Shown: in pieces, positions 7,850 to 15,814 of the stretch
How positions within the stretch are numbered: position 1 is the stretch's first letter
Layout: each line of letters starts with the position of its first letter
Assembly (NCBI GenBank): GCA_902613705.1
Contig: CACMIG010000001.1
Coordinates: 40,102-104,101 of the forward strand
Reading direction: 5' to 3'
DNA: 64,000 nt
Origin: an uncultured SAR86 cluster bacterium
GTDB taxonomy: Bacteria > Pseudomonadota > Gammaproteobacteria > Magnimaribacterales > D2472
Notes under the pieces: model-generated
The model's database searches: none
What the model was told of the DNA's origin: nothing
Seen by the model: the letters and a program-made list of their open reading frames with translations, nothing else
Position numbers and translations under genes: made by a program

Positions 7850-10453
7850 ATGACTGATAATTCAAATTCAAAATTTCCATCCGAAGCTGAAGTCGTTATC
7901 GTAGGCGTGGGAGGCATAGTTGGGTCTATGTTGGCATATTGGCTTGCTGAGCTTGGACAAAAAAATATTGTCGGTTTGGAAAAATCAACGATAATCCCAT
8001 CTGATATTGCATCTACAGCACATGCATCCGACTTTGTTTATAACACAACACACGATAAGTTAGGTTGTTGGACGACTGCATTCAGTAGAAAGTTTTATGA
8101 AGATAATGGGTTTTTTTTAAAAAAAGGTGGATTAGAAATTTGTCGTGTTGGTGATGATGAGCGCTGGGAAGAATTAAAAAGAAAAGTTGCATCAGGAAAG
8201 GCATTTGGCACAAATGTAAGCTTGATATCTGCAGCTGAAGCCGTTGAAAAATTTCCATTACTAGAAGAAGAGTCAATGATAGGTGCTATGTGGGACCCAG
8301 ATGCTGGATTGGTTGTTCCACGATCACAGGAAGTTGTTAACTTCGCCGTTGAGAGTGCTAAAGAAAAAGGGGCACTGAAAACCTTTACAAATACTCCCGC
8401 AACAGACTTTGAAATAGAAGATGGAAAAATTGTTGGAGTTAAGACTGACAAAGGAACAATTAAAACTAATAAAGTTGTAATTGCTTCAGGAATTTGGGGA
8501 CCTTTAATGGGTGATAAGGCGGCTGTTGGTGTTCCTTTGATGCCTGTTGAACATCCACTATTATTTTTTGGTCCATATGAAGAAATCCAAGATACTGAAG
8601 AAATGCTTGTCTACCCTCTTCTAAGAGATCAAGGTAACTCAGCTTATGTTAGAGATACAGGAAAATTTCATGGCGGCATGCTCGAATGGGGATATTATGA
8701 AGATAAAAACCCTAGACTAGTTGATCCTGAAGATATTGGGAATCCTGATAAAACAATGTTGTCAGATTCTATGAGGTATTTAGAACTTGAAGAAATTGCT
8801 GAACCTCTTGAAAAAGCTTTTGAAACAACACCTATACTTAGTGAATTGGGTTGGGATGAAAAAAGTTCATTTAACGGACTTTTATCTGTAACAGCAGATG
8901 CAGGCTCTTTAATTGGTGAAAGTCCGGAAGTTAGAGGATTTTGGTTATGTGAAGCTGTATGGGTAAAAGATGGGCCAGGTTGTGCCAGGCTTTGTGCAGA
9001 AGCAATGGTTAATGGTAAAACTCAAGTGGATATGCATTCTTTTGATATATCAAGATTCTACCCACATCAAAAAGAAAAGGAATATGTAAAAACAAGAGCA
9101 TTTGAAAATTCTCAAACTATTTATACTCCTGCTGTGCATCCTAGAGAACCATATATTACTCAAAGAGAAATGTTTGTGAGTCCTTTTTATGAAAGAGAAA
9201 AAGAGCTTGGAGGACATTTTGAAAATGAAGTTGCAGGCTGGGAAAGGGCTCTTGCTTACATAAGCAATAGAGAAAAACTTGATAAATATATTAAAGAAGT
9301 TCCATTAAGAGAAAATGAGTGGGATACTCGTCACGTACCTTATGACGTTGCAAATGCTGAACATCTTGCCATGAGTGATTCAGTCGGCATGATTAATTTA
9401 TCTCATTTTCCCATCATGGATATTAAAGGTCCAGATGCCGAGAGAATGTTAGAGTACCTATCTGTTGCAAAAGTTGGTGGCAACACTCCTGATGGTAAAG
9501 TTATATATACTAACTTTTTAGACGAAGATGGTGGAGTCCATGCAGACCTTACTATCTCTCGCCTTGGCAATGACAGTTATAGAGTTGTAACTGGTGGTGC
9601 TGACGGGAATCGTGACTGGGTAACCTTACGTAATTACAGAGATGATAATGGATTAAATGCTGATATAAACATTAGAACTCATGACATAGCAACAATAGGA
9701 TTATGGGGACCTAAAGCAGTTGAAGCCTTGGGTAATTTTATAGATCCTAACGAAATTGATATTAAGAACTTTCCGTTTGTAACAGCAAAGAACCTTACCT
9801 TAAATCTGTCAGGCGGAAAGAAAGTTGATGTATGGGCAGCCAGAATTTCCTATGTTGGTGAAAGTGGATGGGAAATTTATTTTAATAATAATAAAGATGA
9901 TGGTTTAGCTTTGTACGATTCCTTGTTAGAAGTTGGGGTTGTGCCTGTTGGGATTGAAACATATGCAAATAGTAGACGTCTCGAAAAAAGCTTTAGACTT
10001 CAAGGTGCAGACCTTGAGACAGAATATACAGCTATTGAGGCAGCAATTCAGAGACCCTTGGTAAAAGAAGCTGATTTTCATGGTAAAGCAGCACATCTAG
10101 CTCATAGAGAAGAAGATCCATGTGCAATATTATGTACCATGACATTAGATGATCTTAATGTATCTGGAAAGACAAGATATCCTGTTGGCATTTCACCAAT
10201 TATTGATCCTGCATCAGGTGAAGTACCAATTGATAGTAAGGGTAGAAGATCATATACAACTGGTATGTCTTATTGTCCGTCTCTTAAGAAATTTGTGGTT
10301 ATGGGTTATTTACCAAAAGAAATTGCCATTCAAGGCAAGTCACTCTTAATCGAGTATTTTAATGAAGATGGTGATGGTTTATATCCTATGACTGTTCAAA
10401 TAGTTGGTAAAGGATCTCTTTATGATCCTACTAACGAAAGAGTTCGCGCTTAA
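7850..10453 (+). CDS. FAD-dependent oxidoreductase fused to a GcvT-like aminomethyltransferase domain (dimethylglycine/sarcosine dehydrogenase family)
   Basis: 867 aa. N-terminal dinucleotide fold VIVGVGGIVGSMLAYWLAELG (DAO domain). The C-terminal folate-binding GcvT-type region contains YVGESGWEIYF. Confidence 0.75.
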   Translation: MTDNSNSKFPSEAEVVIVGVGGIVGSMLAYWLAELGQKNIVGLEKSTIIPSDIASTAHASDFVYNTTHDKLGCWTTAFSRKFYEDNGFFLKKGGLEICRVGDDERWEELKRKVASGKAFGTNVSLISAAEAVEKFPLLEEESMIGAMWDPDAGLVVPRSQEVVNFAVESAKEKGALKTFTNTPATDFEIEDGKIVGVKTDKGTIKTNKVVIASGIWGPLMGDKAAVGVPLMPVEHPLLFFGPYEEIQDTEEMLVYPLLRDQGNSAYVRDTGKFHGGMLEWGYYEDKNPRLVDPEDIGNPDKTMLSDSMRYLELEEIAEPLEKAFETTPILSELGWDEKSSFNGLLSVTADAGSLIGESPEVRGFWLCEAVWVKDGPGCARLCAEAMVNGKTQVDMHSFDISRFYPHQKEKEYVKTRAFENSQTIYTPAVHPREPYITQREMFVSPFYEREKELGGHFENEVAGWERALAYISNREKLDKYIKEVPLRENEWDTRHVPYDVANAEHLAMSDSVGMINLSHFPIMDIKGPDAERMLEYLSVAKVGGNTPDGKVIYTNFLDEDGGVHADLTISRLGNDSYRVVTGGADGNRDWVTLRNYRDDNGLNADINIRTHDIATIGLWGPKAVEALGNFIDPNEIDIKNFPFVTAKNLTLNLSGGKKVDVWAARISYVGESGWEIYFNNNKDDGLALYDSLLEVGVVPVGIETYANSRRLEKSFRLQGADLETEYTAIEAAIQRPLVKEADFHGKAAHLAHREEDPCAILCTMTLDDLNVSGKTRYPVGISPIIDPASGEVPIDSKGRRSYTTGMSYCPSLKKFVVMGYLPKEIAIQGKSLLIEYFNEDGDGLYPMTVQIVGKGSLYDPTNERVRA

Positions 10454-10466
10454 CTAATTGCACTTA

Positions 10467-10495
10467 ATGACAACAGTTGTAAACTTGCCTATAAT
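10467..10495 (+). promoter_or_regulatory. Sigma-70-type promoter for tRNA-Phe
   Basis: ATGACA (10467-10472, 5/6 match to TTGACA), an exact 17-nt spacer, then TATAAT (10490-10495). It ends 16 nt before the tRNA 5' end. Confidence 0.45.
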
Positions 10496-10511
10496 CCGAA
10501 GTTCAATCTAA

Positions 10512-10587
10512 GCCCAGATAGCTCAGTTGGTAGAGCAAAGGACTGAAAATCCTTGTGTCGGTGGTTCGATCCCACCTCTGGGCACCA
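10512..10587 (+). tRNA. tRNA-Phe (anticodon GAA), CCA encoded
   Basis: Hand-folded cloverleaf. Acceptor stem GCCCAGA/TCTGGGC, D stem GCTC/GAGC, anticodon stem AAGGA/TCCTT with loop CTGAAAA, T arm GGTGG-TTCGATC-CCACC, discriminator A and 3' CCA. Confidence 0.95.
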
Positions 10588-10850
10588 GTCATGGCAGTGA
10601 TTTCAGAGCATTAAGCATTTTACTGATTCCTAAAAGTCATCATATAGTCATCACAAACTACCCAAATACTCACGAAATCTAAAAATAGGAGCTAATATCA
10701 TCTCGAGTTTTTGGTTGGTTGGAATACAGGTGTTTTCTTTTGACAGGGTGGGCAGGAGTAACACCAACTATCCACCAATATATATCTAGAGGTCAAATAT
10801 TTTATGAAGTTATGAAGGCTTAACCAGTTTGAAAGTGCTTCAAAACAAAC

Positions 10851-11747
10851 TTAAGAATCAGGACCATACAGATATTTTTTACCCTTAAATAAATTCATGC
10901 ATTTGTCATATTTTTCATAAATCTCAGATCTAGTGAGCACTCTTCCTTCAAAAAAATCTTTTTCACCCCTGGCAGAAATCTTTAATCTGCCATTAAGTCC
11001 TATCATACAAGCACTTTGATGTTCTTTATATGCAGGATTTGTGCGTTCTTCATCGTACCTCATCTTCTCTTTACGTTTTTTTTCCGATTCAAGAGCCCTC
11101 TCTTTGTACTCTATTCGTCTTTGTTCCTCTTGATAATCTTCATAAATCGTAACTACGTTTAATACAATAATAAAACCTACAAAACCTAAAATAGGTATTA
11201 AGCACCCCTTATAGACTATTGCTGGTGGATTTGGAGGAAGAGTATTATGCTCATCATCTAAATCCATGGTATTAGAATTTACTTGAACTTTATCCTGGGG
11301 CTCTTGCTGCTCTTGGAGGATTTGTTGATCTTGAGAATCTATTTGTTCTAATGGCTTTGCATCATTTGGTTCAAGAGGTTGTTCCTGCTTAACAGCTTCA
11401 GTTTGAGTAGATGGAACTGACTCAAGAGTTGCTTTCTTAATAGATTCTGAAGAGCTTAATAAGCTTATTTTAAAATTTTGGAAATCTGGTTCTATAAGAA
11501 ATGAATAGGATTCTCGTGCTTGAGCAACAAACACCATTTGGTACGATTCGGCAAACATAGAGGCAAACCCAACAGGTAAAATAACTATTGTATGCGTTCC
11601 AGCAGGAATGGTTATTGATTCAGAGCCACCATTTTTTAACAGCGCAACTTTTGAACCATTGAAGCTTACTTCGACATCAGTTAAAGCAAATGTAAATGCT
11701 TTTTTTCGAGTTAATAAAATTGTTGAGTTTTCGTTTGATTGTTCCAT
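10851..11747 (-). CDS. Hypothetical single-pass membrane protein (orphan; no family recognised)
   Basis: 298-aa ORF. A beta-rich N-terminal ~100 aa has no signal peptide (LLKNGGSESITIPAGTHTIVIL). It is followed by a Q/E/P-rich linker, one TM helix (CLIPILGFVGFIIVLNVVTIY), a highly charged K/E/R helix and a small Cys-containing C-terminal domain. Coding status rests on ORF length only. Confidence 0.5.
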   Translation of the reverse strand: MEQSNENSTILLTRKKAFTFALTDVEVSFNGSKVALLKNGGSESITIPAGTHTIVILPVGFASMFAESYQMVFVAQARESYSFLIEPDFQNFKISLLSSSESIKKATLESVPSTQTEAVKQEQPLEPNDAKPLEQIDSQDQQILQEQQEPQDKVQVNSNTMDLDDEHNTLPPNPPAIVYKGCLIPILGFVGFIIVLNVVTIYEDYQEEQRRIEYKERALESEKKRKEKMRYDEERTNPAYKEHQSACMIGLNGRLKISARGEKDFFEGRVLTRSEIYEKYDKCMNLFKGKKYLYGPDS

Positions 11748-11965
11748 ATTTAAAATATACCCATTTCTTGAAAATCTTTAAAGTTTTCCTCGTTTTTAAA
11801 AGATATTACTAAATTTCCTATTTTACATCACAATCCTATAAACCCTTTATTTATAGAGTATGTGTTTCGTAATTCATAACGCACATTCTTACGCACACTA
11901 ATTTTTATGCCCTCGCAAAGCCTATATTTACAAGCATTTTATCTTAAGAAGGTTACAATACACAC

Positions 11966-12943
11966 ATGATATCAAAACAACAAAAGCCAATAAAATCTGG
12001 ATTTCATGCTAAAACAAATGCTGATGAAATAATAAAAGGAGTTGATCTTAGTAATAAAGTAGCCGTTGTTACAGGTGGTTACTCAGGAATTGGACTTGAG
12101 GCCACTAGAGAACTTATCAATGCTGGTGCAAAAGTGATTATTCCAGCTAAAAGAGAAGAAATTGCTACAAAGAATCTACAAGGCATAGTATCTAAAGAAG
12201 ATATTATTGAAATGGATCTTGGCAATTTAAATTCGGTTAAAAACTTTACAGATGGTTTTAAAGAAAAGTTTAATAAATTAGATCTACTAATTAACAATGC
12301 AGGAATTATGGCCTGTCCCGAGACTAGAATAGGAAATAAATGGGAGAGTCAATTTGCTGTTAATCATATTGGGCACTTCTTGCTTACAAAAGAATTAATG
12401 AACACAATGGCAGAGAATGATGGTGCAAGATTTGTCAGCCTTTCGTCTTCAGCCCATTCACTTACAGGAATGCTTTGGGATGATATTCACTTTCAAAATA
12501 ATCCTTATGATAAATGGATGGCATATGGTCAATCTAAAACAGCGTCTTCACTAATTGCTATCGAATTTCATAGAAGAATGGTAGATAAAGGTGTTTCTGG
12601 GTTTTCCGTGCATCCAGGCGGCATTCTTACACCTCTACAACGGCACCTTCAAAAAGAAGAAATGGTGGCTCTGGGTTGGATGGACGAGAACGGATTACCT
12701 TCAGAGATGGCAAAAAATTTCTTTAAAACGACTAGTCAAGGTGCATCAACTACTCTTTGGTGCGCAACCAGCTCTAGCCTAAATGGAATAGGTGGAGTAT
12801 TTTGTGAAGACTGTGATATTGCTAAAAGAAAAAATGAAGTAGATGAGTCACTACAGAGATATTTTGGTATTGCCGATTGGGCTGTTGATACTGAAGAGGC
12901 ATCAAAATTATGGGATGTGACTGAAAAAATGATTGCATCGTGA
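11966..12943 (+). CDS. Short-chain dehydrogenase/reductase (SDR) family oxidoreductase
   Basis: VTGGYSGIGLEAT cofactor motif, NNAG, and the catalytic YGQSKTA (YxxxK). 325 aa, retinol-dehydrogenase/WWOX-like subtype. Confidence 0.8.
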   Translation: MISKQQKPIKSGFHAKTNADEIIKGVDLSNKVAVVTGGYSGIGLEATRELINAGAKVIIPAKREEIATKNLQGIVSKEDIIEMDLGNLNSVKNFTDGFKEKFNKLDLLINNAGIMACPETRIGNKWESQFAVNHIGHFLLTKELMNTMAENDGARFVSLSSSAHSLTGMLWDDIHFQNNPYDKWMAYGQSKTASSLIAIEFHRRMVDKGVSGFSVHPGGILTPLQRHLQKEEMVALGWMDENGLPSEMAKNFFKTTSQGASTTLWCATSSSLNGIGGVFCEDCDIAKRKNEVDESLQRYFGIADWAVDTEEASKLWDVTEKMIAS

Positions 12944-13902
12944 GTCAGGTAAATACACTTTTTGAAAATATTGAGCCTTTTTCAACAGGTTACTTAGAAG
13001 TTGATGAGCATAAAATTTATTATGAGGAATGTGGAAATCCAAATGGGAAGCCTGCTGTTTTCCTTCATGGAGGACCAGGTGGCGGTGGTAGTACAAAAGT
13101 AAGAGGATTTTTTAACCCAGAATTATTTAGAATTGTGGTATTTGATCAACGCGGTTGCGGTAGAAGCAAACCTCATGCATGTCTAAAAAATAATACAACT
13201 TGGAATCTAGTTGAGGATATTGAGATGCTAAAAGAAAAGCTCAAGATAAAAGAATGGCTTGTTTTTGGTGGTTCTTGGGGAAGCACGCTCGCATTAGCTT
13301 ATGCTCAAACATATCCTAATTCAGTTTCAGAACTAGTTCTAAGAGGAATATTTATGTTAAGAGATAAGGAACTAAAATGGTTTTATCAAGATGGTGCTAG
13401 CAGAATATTTCCTGAGGCTTGGGAGGGATTCTTAAAACCAATTAACCAAGAAAATAGACATAATTTAATGGATGCTTACTACAAAATTTTTACAGGTAAT
13501 GATGACGAAAAAAAAATGGAGGCAGCAGTAGCATGGTCTAAGTGGGAAGGATCTGTAAGTACACTAAGTCATAAAGCTGACATGGTTTCATCATATTCTG
13601 AGTCAAAATTTGCTTTAGCCTTTGCCCTAATTGAAAATCATTATTTTGTTAACAAGGGTTTTCTTGATAGTGAGGATCAATTAATTGCATCAGAGTCGAT
13701 TGATAAAATTCGTCATATTCCTGCAAAAATAATCCAAGGTAGATATGATATTGTTTGTCCGATGGAAACAGCATGGGAACTTAAAAAAAATTGGCCTGAA
13801 GCAGAATTAATAGTTGCGCCCTCTTCAGGACATAGTGCATTTGAAAAAGAAATTACTCATGAACTTGTTAGGGCAACTGAGGAATTTGCAAAAAATGATT
13901 AA
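12940..13902 (+). CDS. pip: Prolyl aminopeptidase (proline iminopeptidase)
   Basis: FLHGGPGGGG, FDQRGCGRS and the nucleophile elbow GGSWGSTLALAYA. GTG start overlapping the SDR stop (GTGA). Confidence 0.85.
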   Translation: MSQVNTLFENIEPFSTGYLEVDEHKIYYEECGNPNGKPAVFLHGGPGGGGSTKVRGFFNPELFRIVVFDQRGCGRSKPHACLKNNTTWNLVEDIEMLKEKLKIKEWLVFGGSWGSTLALAYAQTYPNSVSELVLRGIFMLRDKELKWFYQDGASRIFPEAWEGFLKPINQENRHNLMDAYYKIFTGNDDEKKMEAAVAWSKWEGSVSTLSHKADMVSSYSESKFALAFALIENHYFVNKGFLDSEDQLIASESIDKIRHIPAKIIQGRYDIVCPMETAWELKKNWPEAELIVAPSSGHSAFEKEITHELVRATEEFAKND

Positions 13903-14389
13903 CATTAGTTTCATTGGCATGGCGGCTTGTGGTAAATCTACAATCGGGAAAGCTGTTGCTAATAAAATAGGTGTCAGCTTTGTTGATACCGATTTGCTTA
14001 TTGAGCAAAAACATGCGGCCACACTTGAAGAAATCAAAAATAAATATGATTACAAATTTGTAAGAGATGAAGAGGAAAAAGTAATACTTGGTCTAAACTC
14101 ATCGAATAGAATCATATCTACTGGCGGAAGTGCAGTCTATTCTGCAAAATCGATGGAACATCTTAAAAAATTTTCTAAAGTCATATATATAAATACACCT
14201 CTTGAGATAATTATGGAAAGAATTGATATTGATCAAAAAAGAGGTCTTGCAGTTCCAGAGGGAATGTCAATTCCTGAGATTTACTCTGAAAGAGAGCCTA
14301 TGTATCAAAAATACTGCGAGACAATTTTGGATGGATCAAAAACTATTGATCAGCTTGTTGGTGAAACCATAAAACAATTGCATGAGTAA
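13895..14389 (+). CDS. aroK: Shikimate kinase-like P-loop kinase
   Basis: Walker A GMAACGKSTIG, VDTD, FVRDEEE and STGGSAV line up with E. coli AroK (GAGKSTIG, DSD, FRDREE, ATGGG). The start is taken at ATG 13895 (MINISFIG), overlapping the pip stop by 8 nt, rather than the track's 13814. Confidence 0.55.
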   Translation: MINISFIGMAACGKSTIGKAVANKIGVSFVDTDLLIEQKHAATLEEIKNKYDYKFVRDEEEKVILGLNSSNRIISTGGSAVYSAKSMEHLKKFSKVIYINTPLEIIMERIDIDQKRGLAVPEGMSIPEIYSEREPMYQKYCETILDGSKTIDQLVGETIKQLHE

Positions 14390-15053
14390 AAATATTTTAA
14401 TTGTTGGAGCTTCTGGTTTAGTTGGCGGCGAAATACTTAAAAACTTAAAAACAACCAATAATGACTTAATTTTACTCAGTAGAAAAAAGCTTTTATGTGA
14501 AAATAGTATTAATCAGATAGTTATTGATTTTGAGAATATTGATTCATTAGATACAAGTCTTAAGGTCGATGAAATTTATATCGCAATTGGGCAAAAGTTA
14601 AGCCTTTCTGAGCTTGTTTATATTAAAAAAAATAATAGAAAAAGTTTTGTTAATGTAGATTATAACTACATTAAAAAAGTTGCTGAATTTGCTAAAAACT
14701 GTGGAGCTAATTCAGTTGGTTTGATATCTGCAATTGGAGCAAATACTAAATCTTTTAATACATATTTAAAAATTAAGGGTGATATTGAGAATGAAATTAA
14801 GTTAATGGGATATGAAAAAATCATAATTGCTCATCCAAGTCATTTATTAGGCAAACGTCTCAATGAGGTAATTCCATTAAATGTAAAAATATTTGAAAAA
14901 ATCACAAACTTATTTGGCCTTCTAATGATTGGGCCATTACAAAAATTTAGAAATATAGAGGCAAAAAAAGTGGCTAAAGCAATCATTTTCAAAATGGATT
15001 CAGTTGAAGAAGGCATTCATTATATAGATTATAAGTATTTCAAAAATTTTTAA
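14382..15053 (+). CDS. NAD(P)H-binding (atypical SDR / HTATIP2-YraR-like) protein
   Basis: N-terminal Rossmann motif ILIVGASGLVGGEILKNL. 223 aa. It overlaps the preceding gene by 8 nt. Confidence 0.6.
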   Translation: MSKNILIVGASGLVGGEILKNLKTTNNDLILLSRKKLLCENSINQIVIDFENIDSLDTSLKVDEIYIAIGQKLSLSELVYIKKNNRKSFVNVDYNYIKKVAEFAKNCGANSVGLISAIGANTKSFNTYLKIKGDIENEIKLMGYEKIIIAHPSHLLGKRLNEVIPLNVKIFEKITNLFGLLMIGPLQKFRNIEAKKVAKAIIFKMDSVEEGIHYIDYKYFKNF

Positions 15054-15312
15054 TCCTCTTATTTTTAGTTTTAATTATTTTCTTTATGCCGTTACATGCA
15101 TTGAGAAGCCAAAATGCATTTGCAAATACAAAATAGTATAAACCTAGATATAGTTGAACAATTATCGCGAAAAAGCTTCCAGCAATGACAGCAGAAAGCC
15201 CCACCATTCTTTTTTTAGCTTTTTTTGAAACAACAAGAGGTGCGGCTATCAAAGTACCGAAAAAAACACTCAATAATTGAATTAAATCTAGCATATTCAT
15301 ACTAATAAACAC
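15040..15312 (-). CDS. Small hydrophobic protein, about 3 TM helices (unknown family)
   Basis: 90-aa ORF with three hydrophobic segments and a basic C-terminus (KTKNKRIKNF). The start is uncertain: GTG 15312, or ATG at 15300 or 15294. Its 3' end overlaps the convergent gene by 14 nt. Confidence 0.4.
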   Translation of the reverse strand: MFISMNMLDLIQLLSVFFGTLIAAPLVVSKKAKKRMVGLSAVIAGSFFAIIVQLYLGLYYFVFANAFWLLNACNGIKKIIKTKNKRIKNF

Positions 15313-15338
15313 TCAGAATATGCTTATTAGTATGAATA
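15294..15338. repeat. Perfect 15-bp inverted repeat with a 15-nt spacer in a divergent control region
   Basis: TATTCATACTAATAA (15294-15308) and TTATTAGTATGAATA (15324-15338) are exact reverse complements. TATGAATACT recurs at 15331-15340 and 15350-15359. Confidence 0.85.
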
Positions 15339-15442
15339 CTGGCGCGTATTATGAATACTTAAAATTAAAAGTAAAGATATTTTTGGAACTTTTAGAAAAA
15401 AAATGTAATCTAATATATACCTACAAATTAAAGGTGATTATT

Positions 15443-15814
15443 ATGAAAAATTTAGCAATGATATTAAGTTTTTTTCTTTGCTTTACGCTTGTCGCAGACG
15501 ATCATATGGACAAGGAAAAAACTATGAAGGATAGGTTTATGAACAATCCAAACTATCTTATGGATTTTAAAGAGTGCAAAGAAATCAAAGATGGAGTAGT
15601 TGGATTATTATCTTTAAGCGACTCGATTTGGAAAGAAATTGAACTAAATCCTGAAAACGAAGAAAAATGGCTTGAGGTTAGTGTATTAGCAGATATGGCA
15701 GCTAACTATTCAACTATTTATGATGTTTGGTGCAAGGACATGATTAATCATAGAATGAAAATGAGAATGATGTCTGAAAAAAAGAAAGGTAAAAAAGAAA
15801 AAGAAGATAATTAA
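15443..15814 (+). CDS. Small secreted protein with a Lys/Glu-rich tail (unknown family)
   Basis: The start is taken at ATG 15443, preceded by AAAGGTG. It has a signal-peptide-like N-terminus MKNLAMILSFFLCFTLVA and the C-terminus MSEKKKGKKEKEDN. The 41 codons upstream in the track ORF look non-coding. Confidence 0.45.
   Translation: MKNLAMILSFFLCFTLVADDHMDKEKTMKDRFMNNPNYLMDFKECKEIKDGVVGLLSLSDSIWKEIELNPENEEKWLEVSVLADMAANYSTIYDVWCKDMINHRMKMRMMSEKKKGKKEKEDN

Noticed and set aside
8111-8125. T8A7 homopolymer pair inside the DAO-GcvT gene, as a possible phase-variation or frameshift site
   Set aside because: The reading frame is intact across it (encodes FFLKKGG). Long A/T runs are common throughout this AT-rich sequence, and nothing indicates slippage.
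8082-8451. Antisense ORFs of 64 and 118 aa inside the DAO-GcvT oxidoreductase gene
   Set aside because: They are embedded antisense to a well-supported 867-aa CDS. The Ser/Pro/Phe-rich translations are characteristic of reverse-frame reading of coding DNA.
10588-10850. Possible SRP (4.5S), 6S or other known housekeeping RNA in the long spacer
   Set aside because: The conserved SRP domain IV sequence (GGUCAGGUCCGGAAGGAAGCAGCC-like with a GNRA loop) is absent. The spacer is too short or atypical for 6S. I recognised no Rfam-like signature.
10588-12000. Direct repeat of the tRNA-Phe 3' end (att site) or an integrase remnant that would delimit a genomic island
   Set aside because: I found no copy of GGTTCGATCCCACCTCTGGGCACCA or a recognisable part of it by eye. 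All frames of the 263-bp spacer are full of stops. Island status is therefore only suggested, not demonstrated.
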